41,675 nt of DNA. Source: an uncultured Candidatus Bathyarchaeia archaeon. GTDB lineage: Archaea > Thermoproteota > Bathyarchaeia > Bathyarchaeales > B24-2. Made by a program: the position numbers and the translations under genes. This document shows positions 8,669 through 16,958 of the stretch, piece by piece. The stretch covers positions 1 through 41,675 of the forward strand of contig CAZVJZ010000001.1 in NCBI GenBank assembly GCA_964627655.1, given 5' to 3'. Every line of letters begins with the position of its first letter. Within the stretch, counting starts at the first letter, position 1. The notes beneath the pieces were generated by a model, which was given only the letters and a program-made list of their open reading frames with translations, did not search any database and was not told the origin of the DNA.

Positions 8669-9799
8669 TCACCTCCCGACTTTAGGCATAGCCCACCTTC
8701 CACCATACTTTAGGGTCTCAAGCTTCCCCTCGTCTAGCTCTACACCTATGCCGGGCTTCTCAGGCACCTCGAGGTAACCGTTCTTAATCTTTAGAGGCTC
8801 CTTAACCACGTCGTCCGCCCTGAATAGTGGACCTATAAGGTCGTGGGCGAATTTAAGGTTAGGTGCCGCAAGTGCGAAGTGAGCGCTGGCCGCCGTTCCT
8901 ATATTTCCTTCGAGCATGCTTCCGACAAGGCAGGGCATATCCGCCGCCTCTGCTATAGCGTTAATCTTCTTCGAGTAGTATATGCCGCCTATCTTACCGA
9001 TCTTCAGGTTTATCATGTCAGCGGCCTCCTTTCTCACCACCTTAACAGCATCCTCCGGGGTCCTTACGCCCTCATCGATGAGTATCGGCGTGTCCACCGC
9101 CTTCGTCACCTTAGCTAAACCGTCTAGGTCCCAGGCAGGTGTGGGCTGCTCGACGAGCTGAAGTTCATAGCGTTCAAGCTTCTTTATGATGGTTATCGCT
9201 CTGGCTACACTCCAAGCCTGGTTTGGGTCTATCCTTATCGCTATGTCCCAGCCGACGGCTTCACGGACGGCTTTAACTCTTTCCATATCTCCTCTCCAGT
9301 CGCTTCCAGCCTTCAATTTGAGCTCCTTGAACCCCCTCTCGACGAAGTCTAAAGCCTCCTTAGCGGCTTCTTCAGGCTTCTTTATGCCTATAACCCAGCT
9401 CACCGGAACCTTATCTCTAGTCTTCCCACCGAGGAACTTGTAGAGGGGGATGTCGAGGGCTTTAGAGACTAGGTCGTGGAGGGCGAAGTCTATAGCGCAC
9501 TTAGCGAAGAGATGGTTCTTAGCAGCCTTATACATCTTATCGAATATGGCCTCGAAGTTGAACGGGTCTTCACCGATAATCGCCGGTGCAAGCCAGTCTT
9601 GAATGACATACTTGATGCTTTCGACCGGCTCACCGAACTCTGCAACGAGAGGCACTGTTTCGCCTACACCAGAAACTCCCTCGTCGGTCTCGATCTTAAC
9701 GACTACATGATCCTTCTTATAGGAGGTCCACATGGCCATGGTCTGCGGTTTAACGAACGGCGTACTCACCAGAAAGACGTCTATCTTAGTTATCTTCAA
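8669..9799 (-). CDS. Enolase-superfamily enzyme, MLE subgroup, paralog B
   Basis: KxK ELKLKAG; RIDPNQAW (D), LVEQP (E), LIDEG (D); INLKIGKIGG. It aligns colinearly with paralog A at roughly half identity by eye, and its stop codon lies 6 nt upstream of paralog A's start. Confidence 0.85.
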   Translation of the reverse strand: MKITKIDVFLVSTPFVKPQTMAMWTSYKKDHVVVKIETDEGVSGVGETVPLVAEFGEPVESIKYVIQDWLAPAIIGEDPFNFEAIFDKMYKAAKNHLFAKCAIDFALHDLVSKALDIPLYKFLGGKTRDKVPVSWVIGIKKPEEAAKEALDFVERGFKELKLKAGSDWRGDMERVKAVREAVGWDIAIRIDPNQAWSVARAITIIKKLERYELQLVEQPTPAWDLDGLAKVTKAVDTPILIDEGVRTPEDAVKVVRKEAADMINLKIGKIGGIYYSKKINAIAEAADMPCLVGSMLEGNIGTAASAHFALAAPNLKFAHDLIGPLFRADDVVKEPLKIKNGYLEVPEKPGIGVELDEGKLETLKYGGRWAMPKVGR

Positions 9800-10034
9800 T
9801 CGCTCTAACCTCCATGAATAAAACGGGAGATATGATATATAAGTTTAGATGGGTGAGGAGTGCTTTTTAACAAGATCCGTTAAAAAACGATCGTTTAGCC
9901 TAGAGAATCCGTGAATCACCGGCGATATCCTATCAGACTCGTCTAAAACGCAGCAACGAATGTTGGAGGAAGGCTCGTAAAAAGACTTTTATAGAAAGAG
10001 GGGGACTCTCTAACAGTTAAATGGGTGAGTACGT

Positions 10035-10817
10035 TTGAAAAAGACAGACAAATACTCCTTTATTTTAGACGCACATACACATATAGGAGCCTCCTATCTC
10101 ACATGCTATTTCACAGATAGACGGTGGAGCGCAGAGGACTTAATCAGAGAGATGGATCGATGCGGGGTCGACATGGCGTGTGTCTCTGGCGGAGGCTTAC
10201 CACACGAGATAAAGGAGATGAATAAACGGGTCTTAGAGGCTGTTAGACGTTACCCTGACAGGTTGATAGGCTTCGTGAGGTTAAGCCCTAAATTCGACGA
10301 CGTCCTAGAAGAGTTAGACTACTATATCCGTGAGGAGGGGTTTAAGGGAATTAAGCTTCACCCAAACCAAGACGGTTACTGTCTCCTAAGGGAGCCTGTG
10401 CTCGAATTGATCTATGAGAAAGCAGCTAAATACAAGGTTCCTGTTCTAATTCATTCTGGAACGGAGCCTTGGTCTGTAGCCGGACAGTTCGCGGATCAAG
10501 CCGAGATGTTCCCCGACGTAACATTCATCATGGCGCACTCTGGGTTAAGGAACGATAAACACGTACTCGAGTCGGCGAGGAGAGTCACAAACCTGATATT
10601 GGAGACCTCTATAGGCGGAGTCACTTCGCCGAGGGCTCTAGGCGGAGATAGGGTGGTGTACGGAAGCGATTGGCCGACGACGAGTATGCGCTCCGAGCTT
10701 CAAGAAGTCTTCGATAACTGGAGGGCTGGGCACCTTACAGACGAGGAGGCTAGAGGGATCCTCGGGGAGACCATGGCTAGGATCCTTAGGATTAAACCGA
10801 GGAGGGTGAGGCAATGA
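10035..10817 (+). CDS. Amidohydrolase-2 (PF04909-like) TIM-barrel metal-dependent hydrolase
   Basis: N-terminal HxH (ILDAHTHIG), GIKLHP, PVLIHSG, FIMAHSG and a C-terminal GSDWP Asp ligand. TTG start with a GGGTGAG Shine-Dalgarno-like element upstream. Confidence 0.75.
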   Translation: MKKTDKYSFILDAHTHIGASYLTCYFTDRRWSAEDLIREMDRCGVDMACVSGGGLPHEIKEMNKRVLEAVRRYPDRLIGFVRLSPKFDDVLEELDYYIREEGFKGIKLHPNQDGYCLLREPVLELIYEKAAKYKVPVLIHSGTEPWSVAGQFADQAEMFPDVTFIMAHSGLRNDKHVLESARRVTNLILETSIGGVTSPRALGGDRVVYGSDWPTTSMRSELQEVFDNWRAGHLTDEEARGILGETMARILRIKPRRVRQ

Positions 10818-11626
10818 TGGAAAAGAAATGGTTTATCGTGGATGCGCACCAGCACATAAGGGTAGGCTCATATATCTACGCATCCCAAATCCCGAAGGAG
10901 AAGGAGGAGGACCAGCTAAGTAAGGCTATAGCATACTTCAAGGAATGGTTTGACAGATACGGCGTAGCCTACAGCGCAGTGTCGAACCTCTCTCCGATGG
11001 TAGACAGAATCTGGAAAACTAGACATGGAGGCAACGAGGCGGTCGTCGAGCTAGCTAAGCATCTAGGCGGCAGAGTTGTCGGGCAGTACGTGCCAAACGT
11101 CTTCGAGCCTCCAGACCTTGTGAGGGAGAAAGTCGAGGAGGCTATAAGAGACTTAGGATTCAGGGGGATTAAACTTCATCCCTGGGTTTCGGCTTTCCCG
11201 CTTAACCACCCGATGGTCTACCCGGTGTTCGACGTAGCGGCCAAGTATAAGGTGCCTGTTCTTTCGCATTCCGCTAGGTCTGAGTTCTGTACGCCGATGC
11301 TCTTCGCCGATATAGCTATGCGCTATCCCGAGGTCCCCGTGATCATGGGGCATATGGGTAAACAGCACCTACACTACGACGTTCTTCCGGCTATGAGGTT
11401 GGCCGAGAACCTCTATCTGGAGACTAGTGGAAGTAAACTTCAGGTTCTCTTGGAGAAGGCTGTCGAGGAATTCAGTGCTGAGAGAGTGCTCTTCGGAACA
11501 GACGGTCCCCACGAGCTTCTACCAGCCTACGTAGCCAGAATAGAGGACCTCAACGTTAGTGAGAAGGAGAAGGAGCTAATCTTAGGGAGAAACGCCGCTA
11601 AACTCTTCAAGCTACCAGAGCCATAG
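10814..11626 (+). CDS. Amidohydrolase-2 (PF04909-like) TIM-barrel metal-dependent hydrolase, second copy
   Basis: VDAHQHI, GIKLHPW, PVLSHS, IMGHMG, GTDGPH. ATGA start/stop overlap with the upstream gene, and a strong SD GGAGGGTGAGG 3 nt before the ATG. Confidence 0.75.
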   Translation: MMEKKWFIVDAHQHIRVGSYIYASQIPKEKEEDQLSKAIAYFKEWFDRYGVAYSAVSNLSPMVDRIWKTRHGGNEAVVELAKHLGGRVVGQYVPNVFEPPDLVREKVEEAIRDLGFRGIKLHPWVSAFPLNHPMVYPVFDVAAKYKVPVLSHSARSEFCTPMLFADIAMRYPEVPVIMGHMGKQHLHYDVLPAMRLAENLYLETSGSKLQVLLEKAVEEFSAERVLFGTDGPHELLPAYVARIEDLNVSEKEKELILGRNAAKLFKLPEP

Positions 11627-12040
11627 AACCAGAGTTAAGAGCCGAGAACCAGCTTAGGACCTGATAGAGGAGGCAGAAATCTAGGGACACCTTAAACTTA
11701 GGGGCTTATCTAGACGTTAACACCTTCTTCTCCGCATACTCTTAGAGAACACATTCAAATGGGGAAGGACGAAACTTAAGTTCCTCAAGTCTCCGGTGAA
11801 GAGGCATTAACGAGATGTCCGTCCATCGAGACGATTTGGTTTATCGCCTCGATACATACTACAGAACTTAAGGTCGAGAACCGTTAAAGAAGCACTCTCT
11901 CCATGAAGATTTTAAATAGATAGCCAGAGAAACGTCCACGTTTACCGCTACAGCCAAAAACATTCCACACAGAGGGAGTTAAAGACTTTTCACACTTCTT
12001 TTTAAGAAAAGTAAAATTAGTTCCCCGTCATCTATCTTTA

Positions 12041-13072
12041 ATGATGGAGACTATAGGAATACTATCAAGGTGGAACGCAACCTGCGGCATCTCACTGCAT
12101 GCCGAGCTCATAGGACACCAATTCATTAGTCTAGGCTATAAACTAAAGGTCTTCGCACCATACATAGAATCGGCGAATAAATGGTGGCATCATAAGATCT
12201 TAAGAGAGGATGAACTCTACATCAAGAGGTGTTACGAGGAGGTCGCCCCAGACGCGACCGGGGGGTCTGTAGATAAAGAAGCGATCCTCTCTGAAGATTT
12301 TGATTGCTTGATAATCGAGTCGTACGCCAGTCTCCCTTATAAGGCGATAGAGGAAATCTTACCGGAACTTAAGAAGAAAGCTAAGGTAGTAGCGGTGATA
12401 CATGAGGGAAGAAGAGAGGACGTCAAGTACTCCCTGGACAACTTCGATAAGATAGTGGTCTTCGACGAAAGGTATAAGGAAATGTTAGGCGAGAGCGTGG
12501 ACGCCGAGGTTATTCCTTATCCATGTAACCCTGTAGTAAGGGGAAACAGGAGGTTCGCTGAGGACGGGTTAAAGTTCCTCACGTTCGGGAGACAGCCGTC
12601 CTATGAGTACTACGACTACATTAAGGCCTTAGACGACCTTTCGAAGAGATACGACTTCACCTATAAGGTAATAAGGTCAGACGGACTGATCCCTTTTAAG
12701 AGGTCTTGGCTGATTCAAGAGCAAAGGAGGATAAACGACGTTTATCCCGTTCTCCATAGCGTGGATTTACACTTGATCCCAAAGAAACAGACGAACTACA
12801 TCGTAGTATCATCCACGCTTTTTCAGTGTCTAGGGGCGCTAGTTCCCACTATAGTTCCGAATACCAGACATTTTGAAACGTTACCCGAGATAGACGGGGT
12901 TAAACCAGCCGTCGTTTATAGAGACGTCGACGACTTAAAGAGGAAAATAGAGAGGATTATAGAGGATGAGGACTATAGAAAAAGCGTGTTAAAAGCCTCG
13001 GAGAAGTATGTAGAGGAGAATAGAAGCGATAAGGTCGCTAGAATGTTCCTGAGACTACTCGATTCTATTTGA
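12041..13072 (+). CDS. Putative glycosyltransferase (GT-B/GT4-like, divergent)
   Basis: 343-aa ORF. The N-terminal IGILSRWNATCGISLHAELIG is typical of the first beta-alpha unit of GT-B enzymes, and the C-terminal half has a Rossmann-like alternation. There is no clean EX7E motif, so the family call is weak. A TATA-like box (tttttaagaaaagtaaaatta) sits about 25-40 nt upstream. Confidence 0.45.
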   Translation: MMETIGILSRWNATCGISLHAELIGHQFISLGYKLKVFAPYIESANKWWHHKILREDELYIKRCYEEVAPDATGGSVDKEAILSEDFDCLIIESYASLPYKAIEEILPELKKKAKVVAVIHEGRREDVKYSLDNFDKIVVFDERYKEMLGESVDAEVIPYPCNPVVRGNRRFAEDGLKFLTFGRQPSYEYYDYIKALDDLSKRYDFTYKVIRSDGLIPFKRSWLIQEQRRINDVYPVLHSVDLHLIPKKQTNYIVVSSTLFQCLGALVPTIVPNTRHFETLPEIDGVKPAVVYRDVDDLKRKIERIIEDEDYRKSVLKASEKYVEENRSDKVARMFLRLLDSI

Positions 13073-14149
13073 GTCGAGCATCGACATAAGCTCGTCTAGG
13101 TCTATCTCCCCTATGCCTACTGCGAAGTCTGCTGCGCCATAGGAGACAAGGAGCCTATCTTCGACTTTACAGAGCCCACAGGGGAAGACTGTGAAGGGAC
13201 GGTCTCCATACACTTCATAGTTTTCTCTCGGCTCCATTATATAGGTTCGTGTTACAGCAGTTATCCTCGCATCCTTATCCATTAGGGCAGCGAAGACTCT
13301 GTACCACTTGTTACTTCTATCCACTCCATGAAGGAGAAGCAGATACTCGTTCCCCACCTCGACTATCGGTGAGCCCCATCCGATCTTCTCCTCGAAGTCG
13401 GCTGGCTCGAGCATGATCCTAGTCTTCGAGGCATAAACCTCTGTGAACTCCTTTCTATCGAGTATATCGTTTGGCAGCTCATTCATAACACAGTAGAACT
13501 CGTTGTTCAGGGTGTGTATTCTGTGGAAGATCTTTAGTCCATTAACGTCTGCTATAAGGCAGTCTTTATCGCTTACGGTGTTCTGAACCGAAAACCTTAA
13601 CACGAAAGCCTTCCTCCATCCGTCGCCATCGTTCACGGCTACTGACGGGAGAACCCTCTCAACCCTGATAGGACTGAAATAGTTTATCGTTCGCCCACAG
13701 TAGGTTATGGTCTTCTTACCTCTAACCACAGAGGCTCTCGGATCCTCCACCCCCCATATGTCGTACTTATTGTCAGGGCGAACTATTATTCTCCCACAAT
13801 AATGTCCTCTAGAAATATCGTTTAACTCCTCGAGAGGAACCGTTAGCTCGAGGATAGCACTGGCGTAGGTGAAGTAACCAAGAACTATCCTACCATAGAT
13901 CTTCAAATCCTGATTATCGACGATCATGGAGGGGTTAAAGATCGTGACGGGGTTCTCTGCGGGATGGTTTAGGAGGTGAACCCTATCCGCCGTTAAGACG
14001 CCCACCCGTTCTACGATATCCACCGTTTTGTTTTCTCTCTTAAACTTTAACGTCTCGTCTAAACTAGCTAGCATATTAAATCGATAGTCGATCAACCTGT
14101 AAAAAAGTTTTCGTGTAAATTTTTCTTTAAGAAGAAAACGTGAATCCAC
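13055..14149 (-). CDS. GH130/DUF377-like glycosidase or glycoside phosphorylase (5-bladed propeller)
   Basis: WGVEDPRAS (the GH130 EDPR motif) and a C-terminal LLVSYGAADFAVG (the YGAAD motif). GTG start; ATG at MLASLDE... is an alternative. The 3' end overlaps the GT-like gene by 18 nt in convergent orientation. Confidence 0.6.
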   Translation of the reverse strand: MDSRFLLKEKFTRKLFYRLIDYRFNMLASLDETLKFKRENKTVDIVERVGVLTADRVHLLNHPAENPVTIFNPSMIVDNQDLKIYGRIVLGYFTYASAILELTVPLEELNDISRGHYCGRIIVRPDNKYDIWGVEDPRASVVRGKKTITYCGRTINYFSPIRVERVLPSVAVNDGDGWRKAFVLRFSVQNTVSDKDCLIADVNGLKIFHRIHTLNNEFYCVMNELPNDILDRKEFTEVYASKTRIMLEPADFEEKIGWGSPIVEVGNEYLLLLHGVDRSNKWYRVFAALMDKDARITAVTRTYIMEPRENYEVYGDRPFTVFPCGLCKVEDRLLVSYGAADFAVGIGEIDLDELMSMLDSNRIE

Positions 14150-14217
14150 GCTAAAAAGGGATTATTTTTAAGTTCTCGTCGCACATTCTTCTTGTGAACC
14201 TAGTCGGAGGGTGAATT

Positions 14218-14469
14218 TTGAGCCTAGATAAGATGCTGGAGAAGGCTCGAATGTTGATTGAGAGGGGAAGGGTGGAGAAGATCAATGAAGGAATATACAA
14301 CGTCATCGGGAACCATGGAACCTACACGGTTGCACAGAGCCCTGAAGGTAAAATATCATGTAGCTGCCCAGGCTTTCAGAAGAGAGGGATATGCTCACAC
14401 TCAGCAGCAGTCATAATGCTTACGAGGGCGTCGATCGGTAAAATAAAAAGGCGTCTTCGGGGTCGTTAA
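14218..14469 (+). CDS. Small SWIM-type zinc-finger protein
   Basis: CxCxnCxH signature in SCSCPGFQKRGICSHSAAV. TTG start preceded by the SD GGAGGGTGA at appropriate spacing. Confidence 0.7.
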   Translation: MSLDKMLEKARMLIERGRVEKINEGIYNVIGNHGTYTVAQSPEGKISCSCPGFQKRGICSHSAAVIMLTRASIGKIKRRLRGR

Positions 14470-14485
14470 GAAGAAGTGATCGAAG

Positions 14486-15487
14486 ATGAGGTTTGTTACT
14501 TTCAGGATTCATACAGAGAGCAGAGTCGGGCTGGTTAAAGAGGGGAGGATAATAGACCTGAACTCGGCTTACGCCTTATACTTAAGAGACGCCGAGGCAG
14601 AGGTCGATGCACGCAGGATAGCAGACACGTTCACTCCTCCAGACATGAAGGCTTTTCTTAGAACCGGTGAAAGGGGATTAGACGCTGCGAGAAAGGTATA
14701 CAAGTTCATAGACGTGGACGAGGAAGCTAAGGGGATAGACGGCGAAAAGATAGTCTTCGACTTCGACGAGGTGAGACTGGACGCTCCTATACCGAACCCG
14801 GATAAAGTATATTGTTTAGCCGTGAACTACTATAGCCATTTCGCCGAGGTTATGGGCGTTCCTCTTGAAGAGGCTAAGAGAAGGGTGGACTCCTGGGGGT
14901 TAACCGTTCCAGTGATCTTCCAGAAGCCCTCCACCTCCATCATAGGTCCGGGAGATCCTATAATAATCCCCCGGGTTTCCAGTAAGGTCGATTATGAAGT
15001 CGAACTCGCTGTCGTCATAGGGAAGAAAGGAAAGTACATACCTAAGAAAGAAGTGGAAGAGTACATCGCAGGCTACATGGTCTTCAACGACGTGAGCTTC
15101 CGAGACCAAGGCTTTCCTAAGTCAGGCTTTAAGTACTATAATCAAGTGAACTGGGTTAAAGGTAAAGGGCTCGACAACTCCGCCCCTACAGGCCCTCAGC
15201 TTGTAACGAGGGACGAGGTCTCCGACCCATATAACTTAAAGATGTTCACCAGGGTGAACGGAGAAACTAGACAGGAAGGAAGCACGGGGGACATGATAAT
15301 CAGGATACCAGAGATAATAGAGTACTTGTCAAACGGTTTGACGCTTAACCCCGGAGACCTGATAAGTACGGGTACGTGCGCCGGGGTAGCTCTAGTTTCC
15401 GGGCTTTACCTTAAGCCAGGAGACGTCGTCGAGACAGAGATCGAGAAGCTCGGAGTTCTCTCGAACCCCGTGATTAAGGAACTTTAA
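14486..15487 (+). CDS. Fumarylacetoacetate hydrolase (FAH) family protein (2-keto-4-pentenoate hydratase / oxaloacetate decarboxylase-like) with an N-terminal extension domain
   Basis: DYEVELAVVIGKKG, MVFNDVSFRD, GDLISTGTCAGV, EIEKLGVLSNPV: the canonical FAH-domain blocks. Confidence 0.9.
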   Translation: MRFVTFRIHTESRVGLVKEGRIIDLNSAYALYLRDAEAEVDARRIADTFTPPDMKAFLRTGERGLDAARKVYKFIDVDEEAKGIDGEKIVFDFDEVRLDAPIPNPDKVYCLAVNYYSHFAEVMGVPLEEAKRRVDSWGLTVPVIFQKPSTSIIGPGDPIIIPRVSSKVDYEVELAVVIGKKGKYIPKKEVEEYIAGYMVFNDVSFRDQGFPKSGFKYYNQVNWVKGKGLDNSAPTGPQLVTRDEVSDPYNLKMFTRVNGETRQEGSTGDMIIRIPEIIEYLSNGLTLNPGDLISTGTCAGVALVSGLYLKPGDVVETEIEKLGVLSNPVIKEL

Positions 15488-15859
15488 TCATCCTCTCTTC
15501 GGAACCCTAAAATGAGACTCCTTACCAGCGCTTATGTATTCTCCGCCCAGACTCCTCACGACCGAAGCTATCCTCGCAAAGTTGTCAGAGCCTAGGTATC
15601 TCTTCGGACTTATCCTTACGTAGTCTCCAAGATCCTCGAAGTCCAGCATATTTCTTAAGTCCTCAGAAAAAGCGTTCTGAATACTCTGGAAAGGTGATTC
15701 ACCTTCACCTGTCGACGTCTTAACGGAGGCAAGTTTCTTCAGGCTGTCAGAGACTTCTGAGAGGTCGTCGGCTACCATCTTTATCACATTCAGAAGCTGG
15801 TCGATCCTCTCTATCAGCCTATTAATTTTTTCACTCTCTTCCAACCCACTCACATACAA
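15488..15859 (-). CDS. Hypothetical 123-aa protein: coiled-coil N-terminal half and a conserved-looking C-terminal domain
   Basis: ORF only. The N-terminal half is heptad-like (INRLIERIDQLLNVIKMVADDLSEVSDSLKKL). The C-terminal half reads DYVRISPKRYLGSDNFARIASVVRSLGGEYISAGKESHFRVPK. It is divergent from rtcA. Confidence 0.5.
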   Translation of the reverse strand: MYVSGLEESEKINRLIERIDQLLNVIKMVADDLSEVSDSLKKLASVKTSTGEGESPFQSIQNAFSEDLRNMLDFEDLGDYVRISPKRYLGSDNFARIASVVRSLGGEYISAGKESHFRVPKRG

Positions 15860-15908
15860 TACTTTATTATTAGTTCCTCATTTGTTTTATCCTAGGGAAT
15901 GAGCTGTC

Positions 15909-16952
15909 ATGCTAGAGGTAGATGGTGGAGCGAAAAGTGGCAGTGGAACCATACTACGGCTCTCGGTCGCTTTAGCCGCTATACTAAACCAGCCGCTACA
16001 CATATACAATATCCGTAAGAAGAGAGGAAAGCCGGGACTACGCCCCCAACACTTGGAGGCTGTACTGACAGCTGCTAAACTCTGCTCCGCAGAGGTTAAG
16101 GGTGCTAAAGTCGGTTCAACAGAGGTCTGGTTCTACCCAAAGAGAGTTTCTGGAGGCTTCTATCAGGCCGACATAGGAACTGCAGGCAGCATCCCTATGC
16201 TCATGATGACCGTGTTGCCGATATGCGCCTTCGCCGAAAATCCTGTCGAGCTTAGAGTTACGAGGGGAGGGACAGACGTTTCCCATTCACCCACCATAAA
16301 CTACATTCGCAACGTTCTACTCCCTACACTAGACGCTATGGGGCTTTCAGCCCAAATCAGGGTGGTCAAGTACGGATACTACCCAAAGGGGATGGGGGAG
16401 GTACACCTCAAGGTGAATCCTCCCCGTAAGTTGAAGCCTCTATGGTTGACCGAATTCGGGGAACTAGAGAAGATAGAGGGAATATCTGTATGCACTTTCC
16501 TTGAAGACAGGAAAGTAGCTGAACGACAGAGAAACGCCGCTTTGAAGACCTTGAAGAGCCGGGGATACGACGCCGAGATACAGGTTTTAAACGATAGGTC
16601 GAATCCCCTACAGAAAGGTAGCTCCATAACCTTGTGGGCGAAGACTAGTGAAGACTGCCTCATAGGCGCAGACGCTATAGGTGAGCTAAGGAAACGTAGC
16701 GAGGACGTGGGTAGGGAGGCGGCGGCGAAGCTGATCGAGGAGCTAGAAGCTAAACCGACCGTCGACGTGCATCTAGCAGACATGCTGGTTCCTTATGTGG
16801 CTTTCGCACATGGCAACTCGGCTTACCTCGTCAGGACGGTCACCGACCACCTCGAAACGAACGTATGGTTGATCGAGGAACTTACAGGAGTCAAGTTTAA
16901 GCTGAACAAGGCAGGAAAACTGACGAGGGTAGAGTGCGAAGGCATGGGGTGA
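15909..16952 (+). CDS. rtcA: RNA 3'-terminal phosphate cyclase
   Basis: N-terminal GGAKSGSGTILRLSVALAA, and the length and overall colinearity of the RtcA family. DVHLADMLVPY contains the candidate adenylylated His region. Confidence 0.85.
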   Translation: MLEVDGGAKSGSGTILRLSVALAAILNQPLHIYNIRKKRGKPGLRPQHLEAVLTAAKLCSAEVKGAKVGSTEVWFYPKRVSGGFYQADIGTAGSIPMLMMTVLPICAFAENPVELRVTRGGTDVSHSPTINYIRNVLLPTLDAMGLSAQIRVVKYGYYPKGMGEVHLKVNPPRKLKPLWLTEFGELEKIEGISVCTFLEDRKVAERQRNAALKTLKSRGYDAEIQVLNDRSNPLQKGSSITLWAKTSEDCLIGADAIGELRKRSEDVGREAAAKLIEELEAKPTVDVHLADMLVPYVAFAHGNSAYLVRTVTDHLETNVWLIEELTGVKFKLNKAGKLTRVECEGMG

Positions 16953-16958
16953 AAGCTT

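Noticed and set aside
7752-9808. Seven plus-strand ORFs (7752-8078, 8054-8320, 8085-8306, 8439-8777, 8843-9118, 9186-9443, 9476-9808) overlapping the enolase-superfamily genes
   Set aside because: All are antisense to two genes that carry complete enolase-superfamily catalytic motifs. They are Ser/Leu/Pro-rich shadow frames and none has independent support.
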